From Candidatus Woesearchaeota archaeon (GTDB lineage Archaea > Nanobdellota > Nanobdellia > SCGC-AAA011-G17 > PNOQ01), in the NCBI GenBank assembly GCA_964474895.1, contig CAYYUK010000001.1:13994-77993 (forward strand): 64,000 bases of DNA. Reading direction: 5' to 3'. The stretch's first letter is position 1, and each line of letters begins with the position of its first letter. The position numbers and the translations under genes were made by a program. Of the stretch, positions 19,479 to 29,093 are shown one piece after another. The notes below the pieces were generated by a model. That model was given only the letters and a program-made list of their open reading frames with translations. It did not search any database and had not been told where the DNA came from.

Positions 19479-19885
19479 ATGATTATGAATCACTTTTGGA
19501 AAGGGCAAAATCTAAACTCCCTAAGATTGTTCAATCTAAAGAGAGGTTTGAAATTCCAAAACTAATCTCTAGAATTGAAGGTAATAAGACAATAATAACT
19601 AATTTTATCCAAGTTTCAAACTTATTGCATAGGGAGCCCAAACAAATTCTTAAATATTTGCAAAGAGAATTAGCTACTCCTGGTAATATTGATGGTCAGA
19701 GGTTAATACTGGGTAGGAAGTTAGGGTCTTCTTTCATAAATGAGAAAATAGCAAAGTATACGAAAGATTTTGTTTTGTGCAAGGATTGTGGAAAACCCGA
19801 CACTCAGCTAGTTAAAGAAGATAGGATCTTAATGTTAAAATGTATGGCCTGCGGAGCAAAGCATCCTATTAAGGCAAAGATATAA
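19475..19885 (+). CDS. eif2b: translation initiation factor 2 beta subunit (aIF-2 beta)
   Basis: C-terminal C4 zinc finger CKDCGKPDT...CMACGAK and conserved core. Confidence 0.85.
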   Translation: MNDYESLLERAKSKLPKIVQSKERFEIPKLISRIEGNKTIITNFIQVSNLLHREPKQILKYLQRELATPGNIDGQRLILGRKLGSSFINEKIAKYTKDFVLCKDCGKPDTQLVKEDRILMLKCMACGAKHPIKAKI

Positions 19886-20175
19886 TGTATGTAAAAAAAC
19901 ATGAATCAGGGGATCGGATAATATTTGCTATTTGTGATGAAGATTTGGTTGGTAAAAAGTTTTCTGAAGGTGATTTAATGCTGGACGTTTCTGAACAATT
20001 TTATAAAGGTGAGAAAAAAACTAATGCAGAAGTAAAAGAAATACTTGCTAGTGCATTTAACATAAATCTGGTTGGAAAGAAAACCATTGATTTTGCTTTA
20101 AAATTAGGTATACTGAATAAAGATAGCATAATATTCATAGATGGTGTACCGCATGCACAAATAATTGATGTTTAA
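19885..20175 (+). CDS. hypothetical small protein (DUF424-like)
   Basis: 96-aa ORF immediately after aIF2 beta, where a DUF424 gene commonly sits. Confidence 0.35.
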   Translation: MYVKKHESGDRIIFAICDEDLVGKKFSEGDLMLDVSEQFYKGEKKTNAEVKEILASAFNINLVGKKTIDFALKLGILNKDSIIFIDGVPHAQIIDV

Positions 20176-20476
20176 AATGTTTCACAAAGCTAAAATTCAA
20201 ATAAGACCTTTTGATAAAGAAGTTATAAAATTTGTTTATACTAGTTTAAAAAAAGAAGGAATTAAAATTACTGAAGAAAAAAAGTTAAAAGAGGGTTTGG
20301 ATGTTCATACACACAACGCTACTTTTGCTGTAACTCTTTCTAGGAAATTTAAACAAAGATTTAATGGTGAGACTAAAATTACTAGATCTTTGATTGGTGA
20401 GAATAAAAATAAGGGAAAAAGAATTTACAGACTTACAGTTTTGTTGAGAAGACTGCCTGAAGAGGAACCTTTATAA
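20165..20476 (+). CDS. hypothetical protein (weak resemblance to KEOPS Pcc1)
   Basis: 103-aa basic ORF; AKIQIRPFDKEVIKFVYTSLKKE resembles the Pcc1 beta-alpha start, but weakly. Confidence 0.3.
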   Translation: MMFKMFHKAKIQIRPFDKEVIKFVYTSLKKEGIKITEEKKLKEGLDVHTHNATFAVTLSRKFKQRFNGETKITRSLIGENKNKGKRIYRLTVLLRRLPEEEPL

Positions 20477-20499
20477 AACTAATTCTGGGTCCTTAATTT

Positions 20500-20841
20500 A
20501 TGTATAGGAAACCCAATCCAAAATATAAGCAAAAGGGTACTGGTGTAGACCAACCTATTAGAGTTAGAACTCCTAAAGGAAGGGAAGTTATTGGAATAGT
20601 TACACAGAGATTGGGTGGTTCTAGGATGAATGTTGCTTGTATGGATGGAAAAACTAGGATTTGTAGAATCCCTGGTAGATTAAAAAGAACTCTTTGGATA
20701 AGGGAGGGTGCAGTTGTTATTGTTGAACCCTGGGAATTTCAGGGTGACGAGAAGGGAGACCTCATTTGGAAATACAATGGTGCCCAAATTGAATGGTTAA
20801 AAAGAAAAGGTTTCCTAAAAGAAATCAAAGAAGAATTCTAA
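20500..20841 (+). CDS. eif1a: translation initiation factor 1A (aIF-1A)
   Basis: S1-like OB fold with ...[25 protein letters not shown]... Confidence 0.88.
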   Translation: MYRKPNPKYKQKGTGVDQPIRVRTPKGREVIGIVTQRLGGSRMNVACMDGKTRICRIPGRLKRTLWIREGAVVIVEPWEFQGDEKGDLIWKYNGAQIEWLKRKGFLKEIKEEF

Positions 20842-20842
20842 G

Positions 20843-21361
20843 ATGCAAGAAGAAGTAAAAATACCAAAAGAAAGGATTGCAGTTCTTATCGGTGAAAAAG
20901 GTAATGATAAGAGAAGAATCCAAAGAAGAACCAATACTAAAATTATAATTAGTTCTAAAGAAGGTGATGTTTTGATTGAAGGAGAAGATTCTTTGAATGT
21001 AGTCATTGCCAGAGATATTGTTAGGGCTATTGGAAGGGGCTTTAATCCTGATATTGCATTGGCTCTAAGTAATGAAGAAAATTCTTTTGAATTGCTTAAT
21101 ATTCAAGATTTTGTTGGAAAAGCTAAAAATCAAAATATTAGAATTAAATCCAGACTTATTGGCACAAATGGAAAATGTAGAAGAAGTATAGAAAATTTAA
21201 CTGGAACATCCATAGTTGTCTTTGGAAAAACTGTTGGAATAATTGGCACTATTGAAGGAGTTAGTTTAGCTAGAAGAGCTATAGAAAAATTAATCACTGG
21301 TTCTCCCCATAATAAAGTTTACAAGTGGATTGAAATACAAAAACCAAGAGAGGCTACATAA
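20843..21361 (+). CDS. KH-domain RNA-binding protein (archaeal Dim2/Pno1-like)
   Basis: Two KH-like units with IGRGFNPD and IGTNGKCRRSIE patterns; conserved neighbour of eIF1A. Confidence 0.65.
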   Translation: MQEEVKIPKERIAVLIGEKGNDKRRIQRRTNTKIIISSKEGDVLIEGEDSLNVVIARDIVRAIGRGFNPDIALALSNEENSFELLNIQDFVGKAKNQNIRIKSRLIGTNGKCRRSIENLTGTSIVVFGKTVGIIGTIEGVSLARRAIEKLITGSPHNKVYKWIEIQKPREAT

Positions 21362-21394
21362 ATCTTTAAATATTAAAATTCTTTAAGCAAGAAA

Positions 21395-22975
21395 ATGCAA
21401 ACAAAATTAAGTGAAAGTCCAAAAGAAATAATATACGCAATTGATCAAGCTAAGAAACAAAGGGAAATCTCTATTTCTGAGTTTTTTACTAAAAATAGAC
21501 ATCTGCTTGGTTTTGATAATCCTTTGAAATCTCTTTCTACCACCATAAAAGAAGGTGTTGATAATGCTTTGGATGCTTGCGAAGAGTCAAGAATTTTACC
21601 AGATTTAAAAATTGAAATAAATCAAGTTTCTGAAGGCAGATTTGCAGTTATAATTGAAGATAATGGTCCTGGAATCGTAAAAGAACAAATTCCGAAAATA
21701 TTTGGTAAATTGCTTTATGGTTCAAAATTTCATAAATTATCTCAAACAAGGGGGCAACAGGGAATAGGGATTAGTGCTGCTGCATTGTATGGTCAACTGA
21801 CAACAGGCAAACCAATTAAGATTACGTCTAAAATTGGAAAAGGAAAACCTTCCCACTATTATGAGATCCATATTGATACATCCAAGAATGAGCCAGAGAT
21901 AATAAAAGATATTGAAGTTGATTGGAATGGGGATCACGGAACTAAGATAGAACTTCAGATGGAGGGAAAGTACCAAAAAGGCAAAAGATCCGTTTCTGAA
22001 TATCTTAAACACACTGCAATTTCTAATCCCCATGTTAATTTAAGTTTTAAGGAACCAGACGGAACAAAAACAGAATACCTTAGAGTAACAAATACTTTGC
22101 CTGTTGAACCAAGAGAAATAAAACCACATCCTGATGGAATTGAGTTGGGAATTCTAATTGATATGTTAAAAAATACTAATTCTAGAACATTACAGAGTTT
22201 TTTATGCACTGAATTTTCAAGAGTTAGTTCAAATAGTGCAAGAAGTATTTGCGAGAAAGCTAATCTTTACCCAAATGCAAGACCTGGAAGAATTGCAAAG
22301 CAAGAAGCAGATAAATTACTTGGTGCAATGAGAGAAAGTAAATTCATGGCACCACCAACTAATTGTTTGAGTCCAATTGGAGATAAATTATTAGAAGGTG
22401 GATTAAAAAAAGAGATTGATGCCGAGTTTTATACATCAGTTACAAGGCCTGCTTCTGTTTATAGGGGTAATCCATTTATGGTTGAAGCAGCAATTGCTTA
22501 TGGTGGTTCTTTGAATCGTGAATCTCCTGTTGAATTAATCAGATTTGCAAATAAAGTACCTCTTCAATATCAACAGGCCGCTTGTGCAATAACAAGAAGT
22601 GTTTCTAAAACTGCATGGAAACAATATGGGTTGCACCAATCGGGATCAAATATTCCTGTTGGTCCTGCTGTGATTGTTGTTCATATTGCATCCGTTTGGG
22701 TTCCTTTTACTTCTGAAAGTAAAGAAGCTATTGCACATTATCCAGAAATAATTAAAGAAATAAAATTAGCAGTTCAGGAATGTGGAAGACAATTGAATAA
22801 GTTTGTAAGAAAACAACATAAGGTTAAAGATGAAGCTAAGAAAAAATCTTATTTAGAAAAATATGTTCCCGTTATCGGAGAAGCTTTGAAAGAAATATTA
22901 AATCTTAAGGATGCAGATGAAAAGAGATCCATAGAAAATCTTAAGATTGTATTGGAGAAGTCTAGACAAAAATGA
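21395..22975 (+). CDS. top6B: DNA topoisomerase VI subunit B
   Basis: GHKL ATPase Bergerat-fold motifs ([15 protein letters not shown], GxxGxG region); overlaps top6A by 4 nt. Confidence 0.9.
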   Translation: MQTKLSESPKEIIYAIDQAKKQREISISEFFTKNRHLLGFDNPLKSLSTTIKEGVDNALDACEESRILPDLKIEINQVSEGRFAVIIEDNGPGIVKEQIPKIFGKLLYGSKFHKLSQTRGQQGIGISAAALYGQLTTGKPIKITSKIGKGKPSHYYEIHIDTSKNEPEIIKDIEVDWNGDHGTKIELQMEGKYQKGKRSVSEYLKHTAISNPHVNLSFKEPDGTKTEYLRVTNTLPVEPREIKPHPDGIELGILIDMLKNTNSRTLQSFLCTEFSRVSSNSARSICEKANLYPNARPGRIAKQEADKLLGAMRESKFMAPPTNCLSPIGDKLLEGGLKKEIDAEFYTSVTRPASVYRGNPFMVEAAIAYGGSLNRESPVELIRFANKVPLQYQQAACAITRSVSKTAWKQYGLHQSGSNIPVGPAVIVVHIASVWVPFTSESKEAIAHYPEIIKEIKLAVQECGRQLNKFVRKQHKVKDEAKKKSYLEKYVPVIGEALKEILNLKDADEKRSIENLKIVLEKSRQK

Positions 22976-24054
22976 AGGAAACTGTAAAACAAATAAAAGA
23001 AACTGCAACTAAGATTTATGATAAAATAAATAAGAAAAAGAAGCCAGAGGTTTCAGTGCCTATAAGATCTTTGGGCAATGTTAGCTATGACCCAAAAGTT
23101 GGTTTCTTTGAGTTAAAGGGTGGAAGGAAAAAGAGAGCTTTAACTGTTAACACAATAAAGTCGTTTGCTCAGACACTAAAGATGATGGCCCTTTCTAAGA
23201 ATGTCGTTGAAAATGATGATATTGCAACCAAGAGAGAAGCATATTACGTTTCAAAGAATTGGGGTGATGCTAGATTTAAAGAACAAACTGAGTCTGATAC
23301 TGTTATGGATGATATTGAAGCAATGTTTATGGTTAACAGGGAGCAATTGGGATTTATTCCTGAAGAAAAGGGTGGAGATATAGCTGGTAATTTAATTGTT
23401 ATTGATAAAGATCCTTCTACTGGAAAAGAAATTAAGATTGATTGTACTAAATTTGGTTCTGGTGCATATTCTATTCCAACTTCTGTCGAACATTTGAAAT
23501 TTGAAACTAATGCTAAGTTTATCTTGGCTATTGAAACTGCAGGTATGTTTCAAAGGTTGGTTAAACATAACTACTGGAAAAAAGCCAATTGCATTTTAAT
23601 TTCCATGGGCGGTGTTCCTACTCGTGCTTGTAGAAGATTCATAAGGAGATTGAGTGATAAAAAGAATTTACCCGTTTATGTTTTTACAGATGGTGATCCC
23701 TATGGTTATATGAGTATTTATAGAACTCTGAAAGTTGGTTCTGGAAATGCTGCACATATCAATAAATATTTTTGTGTTCCTCGTGCTACATTTTTGGGTG
23801 TAACCCCTGGTGACATTGATGATTATAAATTACCTACCCATCCATTAAAAGACGTTGACAAGAAAAAGATAAAGGATGTTTTGAAAAATGATCCTTTTGT
23901 TAGAGAACATAAGGAATGGCAAAGGGCTTTAAATGCAATGCAGAAGATGGGTCAGAGAGTTGAGCAGCAAGCATTGGCTGCACATGGTTTAAATTATGTT
24001 ATTGATAAATATTTGCCAGATAAGTTGAAAAGTGTGAAGAAATTCTTACCTTAA
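22972..24054 (+). CDS. top6A: DNA topoisomerase VI subunit A (Spo11 homolog)
   Basis: Toprim region [17 protein letters not shown] and 5Y-CAP domain. Confidence 0.9.
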   Translation: MKETVKQIKETATKIYDKINKKKKPEVSVPIRSLGNVSYDPKVGFFELKGGRKKRALTVNTIKSFAQTLKMMALSKNVVENDDIATKREAYYVSKNWGDARFKEQTESDTVMDDIEAMFMVNREQLGFIPEEKGGDIAGNLIVIDKDPSTGKEIKIDCTKFGSGAYSIPTSVEHLKFETNAKFILAIETAGMFQRLVKHNYWKKANCILISMGGVPTRACRRFIRRLSDKKNLPVYVFTDGDPYGYMSIYRTLKVGSGNAAHINKYFCVPRATFLGVTPGDIDDYKLPTHPLKDVDKKKIKDVLKNDPFVREHKEWQRALNAMQKMGQRVEQQALAAHGLNYVIDKYLPDKLKSVKKFLP

Positions 24055-24360
24055 TTATTCTTCTGATGCTTTTGATTCTATATTACATGTTGCCATATTA
24101 AGAACAAAGCCGGTTAGAGTTTTACCCCTTTCTTTTTGTTCTAGTTTATTTTTTAGCCCCATATATACTTTATATCTTCCAGGGTCTGTTGCTCTTAGAT
24201 GTTCTTCATACTGGCATCCCGTCCCCATTGCCATTTCGAAACTTCTGTTGGATTCGCCTGCAGTTGGATATTCCATATGGGGGGTTGGTTTTGGTTTGTA
24301 TATAAAATTTTGTCTTCTGTTTATACGTAATCTAATCTTAACCAATAGATTTTTAAACAA
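24055..24360 (-). CDS. hypothetical protein
   Basis: 101-aa ORF; no recognised motif. Confidence 0.3.
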   Translation of the reverse strand: MFKNLLVKIRLRINRRQNFIYKPKPTPHMEYPTAGESNRSFEMAMGTGCQYEEHLRATDPGRYKVYMGLKNKLEQKERGKTLTGFVLNMATCNIESKASEE

Positions 24361-24381
24361 AATTGTTAACCAAATTTCTAT

Positions 24382-24456
24382 GCCTCGGTGGCTTAGTCTG
24401 GTTAAAGCGCATGGCTGTTAACCATGAGATCGCAAGTTCAAATCTTGCCCGGGGCG
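24382..24456 (+). tRNA. tRNA-Asn (anticodon GTT)
   Basis: Manual fold: acceptor GCCTCGG/CCGGGGC, anticodon arm CATGG-CTGTTAA-CCATG, T-arm GCAAG-TTCAAAT-CTTGC. Confidence 0.8.
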
Positions 24457-24463
24457 CTCTTTT

Positions 24464-25513
24464 TTAGAAACCTACATCTTCTTCAGGCGTGGTTTCTTCC
24501 TCAACTATTTTGGTTGGTACTGAATCTCCAAGTTCTTCTATTCTTGCAATTTCTTCTTCAGAAAAATTCCTTTTTACATTTCTAGTACCCTTTCCACCAT
24601 TTAATGTCTTTTCTTGTTCTAAGAACCATTGGATCCATGCATCATGATTTCTATCTTCTATTTCAACTATTGGAAATTGCATTAGTTCTACTTCTTCGTT
24701 TATTATTACCCCTTTTGGAGAATTTACTCTCTTTATCACATAATCATTCGGATTTAGTCCAATTTGCTCTATTATTAATTCTGGATTTTCTAAAAATCCT
24801 TGGAATGCTGCGGCTCTTGCCATGGTGCAAGAAGGATATCCATACTCTCCCCTCTTAACATTGCTTTCAAATCTATACACTAAACTCTCGTTTGGTATTC
24901 CATATTCTTTTCCTTGTAAATTCAAGATTATGCTTAATGGTACTTTAACTTCTGCTATTGTTCCCCTTTCTGCTAATTCCTTAAATAACTCAGACATTGT
25001 TAAATTAAAATTCTCGGATTGCACTCCGAAAAAAATATGTCTGAAAAGATTAAACTGAGTTTTGAAATTTGGAAGTCTCTGTTGGACTTTTCTGTATTTT
25101 CTTATTTGCCCGTCAAAAAGATGACAAGCTTGTCCGAACCTCCAAGCTTTTGATTCCCAAACTAATTTATCTTTTAGATTAATTCCATCAGGTTTTGTGT
25201 GTTCATCTGCGTCTTCGCAATCTAAAAATTGTTCTAGCCCCTCAAATAAATCTAGTTGATCAGGATTTCCAAAAAAAATCCTATTTAATACAGTCCCCCC
25301 ATAGAACGCCTTGGACACTCCTTCATAAAAATCTCCCATTGTCACATGACTTGCTGGTTTTTGATTACCATAGAGATCATAAATTAGGGGTATTGTTGCA
25401 GAATATTTCTTGGGATCCATTACTCCTTGATGTTTGTTTATTATCCCTTCTAGTATTTCATTAAACTTTGGGCATTCATGTATTCCTATTTTCTTGGAAT
25501 TTCCTCTAGACAT
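24464..25513 (-). CDS. conserved hypothetical protein (349 aa)
   Basis: Long well-formed ORF with acidic C-terminus; no motif recognised. Confidence 0.55.
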   Translation of the reverse strand: MSRGNSKKIGIHECPKFNEILEGIINKHQGVMDPKKYSATIPLIYDLYGNQKPASHVTMGDFYEGVSKAFYGGTVLNRIFFGNPDQLDLFEGLEQFLDCEDADEHTKPDGINLKDKLVWESKAWRFGQACHLFDGQIRKYRKVQQRLPNFKTQFNLFRHIFFGVQSENFNLTMSELFKELAERGTIAEVKVPLSIILNLQGKEYGIPNESLVYRFESNVKRGEYGYPSCTMARAAAFQGFLENPELIIEQIGLNPNDYVIKRVNSPKGVIINEEVELMQFPIVEIEDRNHDAWIQWFLEQEKTLNGGKGTRNVKRNFSEEEIARIEELGDSVPTKIVEEETTPEEDVGF

Positions 25514-25632
25514 ATTGAAGGGAGTCTAATATCTTTAAAAAAGATATCTGAAGTACACTCGTTTGTCCCTTAACGCCTGCTAGAAAGGTTGTATCTCCTC
25601 TATTTATAATTTGAAAAAGAGATTAATAGTTA

Positions 25633-25643
25633 ATTTTATAAAA
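25633..25643 (+). promoter_or_regulatory. TATA box TTTTATAAAAG about 28 nt upstream of tRNA-Ile
   Basis: Same 11-mer occurs about 28 nt upstream of tRNA-Glu on the other strand. Confidence 0.5.
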
Positions 25644-25666
25644 GAAAATAAGGTTTCTTCAGTTTA

Positions 25667-25740
25667 AGGCCCGGTAGCTTAGTCTGGTGGAGCACTCGAC
25701 TGATAATCGAGAGGTCGCCGGTTCAAATCCGGTCCGGGCC
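25667..25740 (+). tRNA. tRNA-Ile (anticodon GAT)
   Basis: Acceptor GGCCCGG/CCGGGCC, anticodon arm CTCGA-CTGATAA-TCGAG, T-loop TTCAAAT. Confidence 0.85.
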
Positions 25741-25788
25741 ACTCCTTTTCACTAGTTTTATATATATTCCTAAATAGTTAATTTTACA

Positions 25789-26022
25789 ATGAAATCATAT
25801 CTTTTCATAGCAACTAGTTCCGAGGAAGAGCAAAAAGTAGTAGAAAGTATACAACAATTTCCAGAGGTATTAAAGGCAAATATAGTTTTTGGAGAATGGG
25901 ATATTGTTGCTTTGTTGGAAACTGAGTCTCCAGAGAAACTTGGTAGTTTTGTTATGGAAAAAATAAGAAAATTGCCAGAAGTAAGATTAACTAGTACTAT
26001 GATCTTGTGGGATTCAGATTAA
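25789..26022 (+). CDS. Lrp/AsnC ligand-binding (RAM) domain-like small protein
   Basis: 77-aa ORF resembling stand-alone RAM domains. Confidence 0.4.
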   Translation: MKSYLFIATSSEEEQKVVESIQQFPEVLKANIVFGEWDIVALLETESPEKLGSFVMEKIRKLPEVRLTSTMILWDSD

Positions 26023-26348
26023 CTGATTTTTGAACCTGGTGAAATATCTTTGTCTACAGTTAGAAGTACTACTTTGTCACCTTCTGATGCTGCAAATAAC
26101 ATTCCTTCACTTTTTACCCCTCTTAGTACTGCTGGTTCTAAATTAGTAAAAACTATTATTTTTTTACCTTTTAATTCTTCTTTTGTATAATTATTTTTTA
26201 TACCTGCAACTATTGTTCTTTCTTCTTCACCAAGATTTATTTTTATTACATATAGTTTGTCTGCATTTGGGTGATCTTGCACATCAAGTATTTCTGCTAC
26301 TCTTATGTCTAAATTTTGCCAATCTTTGAATTCAATTTTGTTTACCAT
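26019..26348 (-). CDS. stand-alone tRNA-binding domain protein (Trbp111/MetRS C-terminal domain-like)
   Basis: OB-fold tRNA-binding domain pattern (DIRVAEILDV..HPNADKLYV..I..GEE.R.IVAG); directly downstream of metG. Confidence 0.75.
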   Translation of the reverse strand: MVNKIEFKDWQNLDIRVAEILDVQDHPNADKLYVIKINLGEEERTIVAGIKNNYTKEELKGKKIIVFTNLEPAVLRGVKSEGMLFAASEGDKVVLLTVDKDISPGSKIS

Positions 26349-26399
26349 TTTTGTATTAAGTTGGATGATTTATAGTATAAAAATTTGTCTTTAATAAAA

Positions 26400-28127
26400 T
26401 TAATTAAAAAAACCTTTTAAATCAATTCCTTTTGAAGACTCCCTTTTGTAAGACCCAACATCCTCTTTCTTAAGTTTTTTGAAAAGTATTTCTTGGTTTC
26501 CTATTTGGTGCGTTTTGTCAAATTCAGATAAAGAGTTATTCCATGCATTTGCATCTAGTGGAGATCCTTCTAATCCTAACTGGCTCCATACCTTTTCAGA
26601 AGTTTCTGGGATAAATGGTGCGATATATGTTGTTAGTGCCTTGAGTAATCTTGCACCAACGTAGATTATGTCGTTTGTTCTTTGCATATCTTCTTTTAAT
26701 GTAATCCAAGGAGCAGAATCATTAATGTATTTATTTCCAAGGCTGGATAATGCTAAAACTTCAGAATATGCCTTTCTTATCTCAGACTTTTCTAAATAGC
26801 CTTCAATTCTTTTTTTATACTCTTTTACTTCATTTAATACAGAATTATCTAATTCGTTGAGCCTACTCTCATCGGGCCTTTCTATTATTCCCTCAAGCCT
26901 ATCACTTGTAAATTTAACTATCCTGTTAACAAAATTACCAAAATTATCAATCAAATCAGAATTAGTTCTTTCTATAAACTCCTCCCATTTAAATTCAGAA
27001 TCGTTTGATTCTGGAATAACTTGGGTTAGATATGCTCTCCAAATGTCTGCATCTAAGCCTAATTTTGGAAGTGTTTCGCAAAATACCCCTACTTGCTTGC
27101 TTTTTGAAAACTTTTTTCCTTCATAATTCAGATATTGTAATCCTACAACATTTGTTGGTAGATTGAATTGCTCTGTACCGATTATCATTCCTGGCCAGAA
27201 AATGGTGTGGAAAGGTATGTTATCTTTTCCTAAAAAGTTGTAAATTTGACTATCTCCTGTCCAAAAAGATTTCCATTTATCTGTGGCTTCTTTTGTGGAA
27301 GAAATATATCCCATTGGAGCATCAAACCATACATAGAATACCTTATCTTCATACCCTTTCAATGGTACTTGGATACCGTTCTTTAAGTCTCTAGTTATGC
27401 ATCTTTCTCTTAATCCCTCTTTAATCCATCCCATTGCTAAATTTTTTACTTGTGGTCTCCAATGTGTTTGTTTTTCTATCCAGTGCTCTATTTCTGGGGA
27501 TAATTTATCTAATGCAAGAAATAAATGCTTACTTTCCCTAACTTCTATTTTTTCTCCAGTTATCGTAGACTTTGGATTTTTTAATTCATGTGCATCCAAA
27601 AGGGATGTACAGCTTTCACATTGATCACCTGTTGCACTTTTATAATCGCACTTAGGACATTCTCCAATAACGTATCGATCTGGTAAAAACATGTCATCAT
27701 TAGGGGAATAAAAAACAGGCATTATACCCTCATTGATTAATCCTTTTTCATTTAATCTCTTAAAAAAAGAAGTAACTACCTTTTTATGGGTGTCACTCGA
27801 TGTTCTAGAAAAATGATCGTAAGAAATCCCAAACCAGTCATATACTTTTTTGTGTTCTTCATGTAACTTATCTGAAAATGTTTTTAAGTCCACCCCAACT
27901 TGGGATGCTGCTATTTCTGAAGCAGACCCATGTTCATCTGTTGCGCCAACAAACAGTGTTTTAAATCCCTTAGACCTGCAATATCTAGCAAAAATATCTG
28001 CTGGAAGGTGAGATCCTGCAATATGGCCAAGGTGTGGAACATTATTTATATAAGGCAGGGCTGCCGTAACTAGCCTTCTCCTTCCTGAATATCCACTATT
28101 TACCATGGTTTCTAAGTTATCTTTCAT
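26400..28127 (-). CDS. metG: methionyl-tRNA synthetase (catalytic core plus anticodon-binding)
   Basis: HIGH motif PYINNVPHLGHI, KMSKS-like KFSKSK, knuckle Cys clusters CPKCD...CESC. Confidence 0.9.
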   Translation of the reverse strand: MKDNLETMVNSGYSGRRRLVTAALPYINNVPHLGHIAGSHLPADIFARYCRSKGFKTLFVGATDEHGSASEIAASQVGVDLKTFSDKLHEEHKKVYDWFGISYDHFSRTSSDTHKKVVTSFFKRLNEKGLINEGIMPVFYSPNDDMFLPDRYVIGECPKCDYKSATGDQCESCTSLLDAHELKNPKSTITGEKIEVRESKHLFLALDKLSPEIEHWIEKQTHWRPQVKNLAMGWIKEGLRERCITRDLKNGIQVPLKGYEDKVFYVWFDAPMGYISSTKEATDKWKSFWTGDSQIYNFLGKDNIPFHTIFWPGMIIGTEQFNLPTNVVGLQYLNYEGKKFSKSKQVGVFCETLPKLGLDADIWRAYLTQVIPESNDSEFKWEEFIERTNSDLIDNFGNFVNRIVKFTSDRLEGIIERPDESRLNELDNSVLNEVKEYKKRIEGYLEKSEIRKAYSEVLALSSLGNKYINDSAPWITLKEDMQRTNDIIYVGARLLKALTTYIAPFIPETSEKVWSQLGLEGSPLDANAWNNSLSEFDKTHQIGNQEILFKKLKKEDVGSYKRESSKGIDLKGFFN

Positions 28128-28172
28128 ATATTTTTAAATCTAACGGTTAATTTATAAGTTTTTCTATTGTTA

Positions 28173-29093
28173 TTATTCGGAAGTGGTTAATAATCTTTTG
28201 GATATTTTTTCGTAATCTTTGTTATCCCATACTCTTTTTTTTAATGAATAAATTATCTTAGCAAAGGATTTAATATCGTTTTCAATTAAATTCCTTCCAA
28301 AAAATAATATTAAATACTCTACCGAATCAATTTTTTCTAATTTTTTCAGAAGTATCTTGCTTTGAGAGATAACTTCCAGAGAATTATTTAATTCCGGAAA
28401 AATTTTGATTAGTATTTTTGATCTAAAAATTTGTTTTACTAACTTACTTTTGTGTTTAGAATAAGAAATTGTCCTAAATATTGAAGAAATTAGAGACCTG
28501 TATTCTTTTGTATTTTTTCCTTTACTGATGTTGTAGTTAATTTCATTTATTATAGACTTTGTTTTCTTTGAACTTAAAGAGATATTGTATTTTGAGCACA
28601 AATAAATTAGTCTCGAAAATAAAATAAATGGATCTTCGTTGTTTTTGTTAATAATTAGTTGTATGTTTTTAGTTTTTACACCTTCAAGAGATTTATGATT
28701 ATCAATTAGCTCAAAACTTGGATATTTTAGACATAAAGTATCAATATTGTAATGCCCCACAGACTCTGGATTTTTTAAAAATGCTAAATCTAATTTTAGA
28801 TTATCTTTATTGGCTTGCATTAGTATTGCTCTTTTGTTTTTGTAGATTATATATTTTCTCGGTTCTTGAATAATTTTGTATCCATTTCTAGTTAGGTGCT
28901 TTTTGCATTCATTTATCTTTTTTTTATTTAATCCTTTAATGTTAATATCAATATCTCTATAATTAATCTTTTTTGATAATAATAAGTTGATTAATATGCC
29001 TCCGCAAATTACGAAGTTATCTAATCCTGTGTCGTTTTCTAATTTTTTTGCTAATTTTTTTATATTTTGCGGAATTATTTTTTGTTTTGCCAT
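28173..29093 (-). CDS. hypothetical protein, possible Pol-beta-superfamily nucleotidyltransferase
   Basis: CGG-x14-DIDI then later hDh (LKLDLAF), reminiscent of the GS...DxD NTase motif; very K/N/I-rich and low GC. Confidence 0.35.
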   Translation of the reverse strand: MAKQKIIPQNIKKLAKKLENDTGLDNFVICGGILINLLLSKKINYRDIDINIKGLNKKKINECKKHLTRNGYKIIQEPRKYIIYKNKRAILMQANKDNLKLDLAFLKNPESVGHYNIDTLCLKYPSFELIDNHKSLEGVKTKNIQLIINKNNEDPFILFSRLIYLCSKYNISLSSKKTKSIINEINYNISKGKNTKEYRSLISSIFRTISYSKHKSKLVKQIFRSKILIKIFPELNNSLEVISQSKILLKKLEKIDSVEYLILFFGRNLIENDIKSFAKIIYSLKKRVWDNKDYEKISKRLLTTSE

